Virus record (IMG/VR): IMGVR_UViG_3300045993_000388
Coordinates: 1 to 43,139 of that record
Strand: one strand, 5' to 3'
DNA length: 43,139 nt
Source of the DNA: a virus
A program made the position numbers and the translations under genes. Shown here piece by piece: positions 41,301 through 43,139 of this stretch; within the stretch, counting starts at the first letter, position 1; each line of letters opens with the position of its first letter. The notes below the pieces were generated by a model, which made no database searches, was not told where the DNA came from, and was given only the letters and a program-made list of their open reading frames with translations.

Positions 41301-42792
41301 TACAAGTGGCGGTGCTTTATATGCTACTTCGACAAGTGCTTTAACAACTGGGACACTTCCTATTGCATCAGGTGGTACTGGTTCAGCAACGCAAAACTTT
41401 GTAGATTTGTCAACAACTCAAACATCAATAGGTGGTCAAAAAACATTTACAAGTAATACTTTTTATACTGTCAACGGTCAAGCGATTGGACTTTCTCCAA
41501 TAACAACAACAAACGCAACGTTTATTAATATGCAAAACCTTTCAGGAAGGGGCATATTCGGTATTGAAGGAAGCACACCAGGCACTATTATAACAGGAGC
41601 AACGGCTTATGCTTTTGGTATTACAACAATAGGTGCAGCCGTACCTATACAATTTGGTATTAATAGTCAGTTAGCTATGACTTTAAATACTTCAAGTAAC
41701 TTAGGAATAGGAACTGCAACAATTGGATCTAAACTTCAAGTAAATGGCGGTGCTGCGATTGGTTATTCAGCTTCAACAGTAGCAGCAACAAATGGTTTAA
41801 GAGTTGCGGGAACTGTTACGTTAGATAACTTAACAACTGCGGGAGTAGTTACAACTTCATCTGCGGGGTTATTAAGTTCCATAGCAGCTTTAACTGTTCC
41901 AAATGGTGGAACAGGTCTTACTACTTTAACATCTAATGTAATTTATAAAGGGAATGGTACTACTGCGTTAGCAGTTTCATCATTAAGCGATAACGGAACT
42001 ACTGTTTCAACAACAGAGGCTATAAGTTCAGGTGCAATTACTTCAACAGGTGCAAGTGTATTTGGTGGATTAAGGGTACAAGGAACAGGTGCATATACTG
42101 CGGGAACATCTAATTTTCAAGCAGGTATTTCTAGTTCTGCATCATTAGCTACTGTTGTTCCTACTGCGAGATTTGATAATAATGGGAACGGGTTTATTAC
42201 TAGGATACTAATGAGTGATGATAATTTAAATGATGCAAACATATTCTTTACTCCTTCGGCAACAACCGCTAGTAATTTATTTCAAATAGCAGTAGCGGGG
42301 GTTACTCCACAATTTACAATAGATGGCACTGGTGCAGCAACTCACACTTCAAGTGTTACTGCATCTTCATTTATTAAATCAGGGGGTACATCTACACAAG
42401 GATTAATGGCTGATGGTAGTGTTCAAACTTTAACAAGTGGTACATATACACCTACAATGACAGGGGTAGCTAATATATCTGTCATTACTCCTACACAAGC
42501 AGTATGGTCGCAAGTAGGTAATATAGTTACTGTTTCAGGTAGCTATTCTTATTCTTTAACTTCTGCAACTACAACTACAACTTTTGGTATTTCTTTACCC
42601 GTTGCATCAGCTTCATTAACAGCTAGTGATTTATGGGGGTTAATATTTAATGCAGATAGTGGTGGTGGGTTTGCGGGTGGTTCAGGATATGTAGTAGGGG
42701 ATGCTACTAATAAAAGGGCTACGGTAGACTTTAAATCAACCGCTACAACAACAGGGGGTGGTAACTTCCAATTTCAATATTTTGTACACTAA
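38326..42792 (+). CDS. Giant tail fibre / receptor-binding protein with an N-terminal signal-like peptide
   Basis: 1488 aa from the ATG at 38326 (MKKILLIFILIASFLTGFSQ). It has recurrent (V/I)xNGGTG...T fibre motifs, LGIGT..IGS.LQVNG motifs, a Gly5 run and a roughly 190-aa internal duplication. Confidence 0.7.
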   Translation: MKKILLIFILIASFLTGFSQATWTPINGRQRFVSGLGIPVRDSSYYNLPTDTAFIFINYHDSLPYYKYKSWIRPLGGSGGITGSGITNQVAYWNGTSSLSGSNNFTWDPVNNQMLFTLGLAGYIKYGQSGWNSGFVQTAYSNFIFGSNVKYNGTNWLYDQSGYGSQFQAESFTGNAMINTSVLGTAGGTATMIPRFQVLNAGRILMGTTLPTDDGTSGLQVNGAIRQSSVTNSLLKAGSTGIITSATSGTDYQVPITLTTTGGSGAATLVGSTLNIPIYTGGGGGSVSNVAALTLGTTGTDLNSSVSNPTTTPVITLNVPDASGTARGVITTGTQTIAGAKTFTTAPTVYDSANHTTFLSVYNPFNGASSRSGLFVSTASGVTGYPSLVYGQFTAYPSNYAGNDINRDLAGKVFIQSGGDASGILNFFDGTGGWQVSSGKADGSSNLGLTHFTNDIYVPHASYYHTTSSPGVGFGTANPNILMSLDSVSVGYTFQGASTVRHESVDTGTITNGKLIYENIGYAAHNPLNQLAKFSYYAMGSLKNSGQFNLGTFATGVYGDGIIIDTFHRVRIPTMAAGTAGTDSVVVSNNGVLRKISPTYYGTGGGVSTISFGTTGLTPNTATGGVITVAGTLAVANGGTGSATQNFVDLSTTQSVAGGKTFSNNTTFTATSQAVSLSPSTNTSGAYVNAQNLSGRAIFGVESSVGNVILNGGTAYATGIGSITNFPLQFGANGILGMTLNTSNQLGIGTTTIGSALQVNGAVAIGYSASTVAATNGLRVSGTVTFDNLATNGLVKTSGGTGLLSVATAGTDYLTPTTGVTTFSGSTTGLTPATATSGAITLAGTLIAGNGGTGQSTYAIGDLLSANTTTTLSKVADVAAGQPLLSGGVSTLPAYAGYTFSGTAAQTYTFPTTSKTLAANDGSNLTIASQAIGDILTATSTTAYSRLADAATGNALISGGAGVAPSYGKIGLTTHVSGTLATANGGTNLTTFTSGGALYATSTSALTTGTLPIASGGTGSATQNFVDLSTTQTSIGGQKTFTSNTFYTVNGQAIGLSPITTTNATFINMQNLSGRGIFGIEGSTPGTIITGATAYAFGITTIGAAVPIQFGINSQLAMTLNTSSNLGIGTATIGSKLQVNGGAAIGYSASTVAATNGLRVAGTVTLDNLTTAGVVTTSSAGLLSSIAALTVPNGGTGLTTLTSNVIYKGNGTTALAVSSLSDNGTTVSTTEAISSGAITSTGASVFGGLRVQGTGAYTAGTSNFQAGISSSASLATVVPTARFDNNGNGFITRILMSDDNLNDANIFFTPSATTASNLFQIAVAGVTPQFTIDGTGAATHTSSVTASSFIKSGGTSTQGLMADGSVQTLTSGTYTPTMTGVANISVITPTQAVWSQVGNIVTVSGSYSYSLTSATTTTTFGISLPVASASLTASDLWGLIFNADSGGGFAGGSGYVVGDATNKRATVDFKSTATTTGGGNFQFQYFVH
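40240..40760 (+). repeat. Intragenic duplication, copy A (pairs with 41374-41900)
   Basis: It shares exact runs with copy B, e.g. caaaactttgtagatttgtcaacaactcaa and attggttattcagcttcaacagtagc. The offset is 1134-1140 nt. Confidence 0.75.
41374..41900 (+). repeat. Intragenic duplication, copy B
   Basis: Protein level: IASGGTGSATQNFVDLSTTQ...IGYSASTVAATNGLRVAGTVTLDNL compared with VANGGTGSATQNFVDLSTTQ...IGYSASTVAATNGLRVSGTVTFDNL. Confidence 0.75.
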
Positions 42793-42802
42793 ATCATTTA
42801 AC

Positions 42803-42892
42803 ATGAAAACAGAAACAATCGGATTTATAGTAATGACAGGTTGCCTTGCTTGGGCGGCTTATAAAATTTACCAACAAAAAACTAAAAAGTAA
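42803..42892 (+). CDS. Possible very small membrane protein
   Basis: Hand-translated 29 aa: MKTETIGFIVMTGCLAWAAYKIYQQKTKK. TAATG overlap with the next ORF. Confidence 0.3.
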   Translation: MKTETIGFIVMTGCLAWAAYKIYQQKTKK

Positions 42893-43139
42893 TGCTATCC
42901 TTTATTCTATTTGCTTTAGTAGCGTTAGCTGATTCATTTTTAGATACTTTGGTATTTAGAAGTGGTAAGTCTATATTCCCTGCAAAGTGGTCGCCTTTTA
43001 CAACTTATAGTACAATCCATTTAACCTTTGGATTAGTTAGATTAGATGCCTTTCATATAGCTAAGTATGTTTTGATATTCTTAGTTATTGGATTTGGTCT
43101 ATCATGTTATATTCATGGGCTAACTTATGGGTATTGGGA
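42892..43139 (+). CDS. 5' part of the wrap-around small membrane protein gene (continues at nt 128-197 of the circle)
   Basis: The ORF from the ATG at 42892 is open to the window end: MLSFILFALVALADSFLDTLVFRSGKSIFPAKWSPFTTYSTIHLTFGLVRLDAFHIAKYVLIFLVIGFGLSCYIHGLTYGYW... Confidence 0.5.
   Translation, partial: MLSFILFALVALADSFLDTLVFRSGKSIFPAKWSPFTTYSTIHLTFGLVRLDAFHIAKYVLIFLVIGFGLSCYIHGLTYGYW
43013..43139. repeat. Terminal redundancy: exact copy of nt 1-127
   Basis: Identical on direct reading. Confidence 0.9.

Noticed and set aside
40240-41900. Diversity-generating retroelement (TR/VR pair) in the fibre gene
   Set aside because: No reverse transcriptase gene exists anywhere in the genome. 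Both copies are coding and in frame, and the mismatches between copies include G/A changes in both directions plus other changes, not adenine-specific substitutions.
1-43139. Integrase, excisionase, repressor or transposase (Mu-like lifestyle suggested by the head genes)
   Set aside because: No ORF shows tyrosine/serine recombinase or DDE motifs, and no divergent regulatory pair exists. The HTH protein at 5902 alone is insufficient evidence for lysogeny.

Overview
This window is a complete, circularly closed tailed dsDNA phage genome. Nt 1-127 are identical to nt 43013-43139, so the unique length is 43,012 bp. All credible genes are on the + strand; the minus-strand ORFs in the track are shadow ORFs inside + strand genes.

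Three features point to a Bacteroidota host (inference only):
- Start codons are preceded by A-rich, Shine-Dalgarno-less leaders.
- Many products carry MKK...(N/F/S)AQ-type signal peptides.
- Promoter-like TAnnTTTG-type elements are present.

Genome layout:
- **5.3-19.9 kb, early/replication/accessory block.** It contains small orphan genes, a Sak4-like AAA ATPase, a DnaA-domain-IV-only protein, a putative replication organiser, a PAPS-reductase-like protein and a RuvC-like resolvase. It also carries three DNA methyltransferase genes, terS/terL and an AT-rich accessory island.
- **20.0 kb through the circular junction to 5.2 kb, late block.** The head module is Mu-like: a DUF1320-like adaptor, portal, Mu-F-like protein, ClpP-like protease/scaffold and capsid. 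The tail is contractile: sheath, tube, a G/GT chaperone pair with a -1 frameshift, tape measure, hub and spike. A 1488-aa fibre follows, then a lysis cassette and a secreted non-specific nuclease.
- Rho-independent terminators at about 5.25, 6.19 and 19.93 kb punctuate the blocks.
- No integrase, repressor, tRNA, CRISPR array or reverse transcriptase was found.

Most notable observations:
- One methyltransferase gene is interrupted by a single in-frame TAA. A second carries a G10 homopolymer in its coding sequence, a possible phase-variation switch.
- A 21-nt boundary repeat flanks small accessory genes, together with a Y-shaped RNA element.
- A duplicated terminator-promoter cassette contains a TTTGTACTA motif that recurs at five operon starts, with a weaker sixth variant.
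- A structured, terminator-containing leader lies upstream of the replication gene.
- The lysis module has a candidate unimolecular spanin.
- The fibre gene is low in GC, encodes an apparent signal peptide and contains a large internal duplication.
- A homing HNH gene sits inside the structural operon.

All functional calls come from motifs read by eye. No database search was possible.
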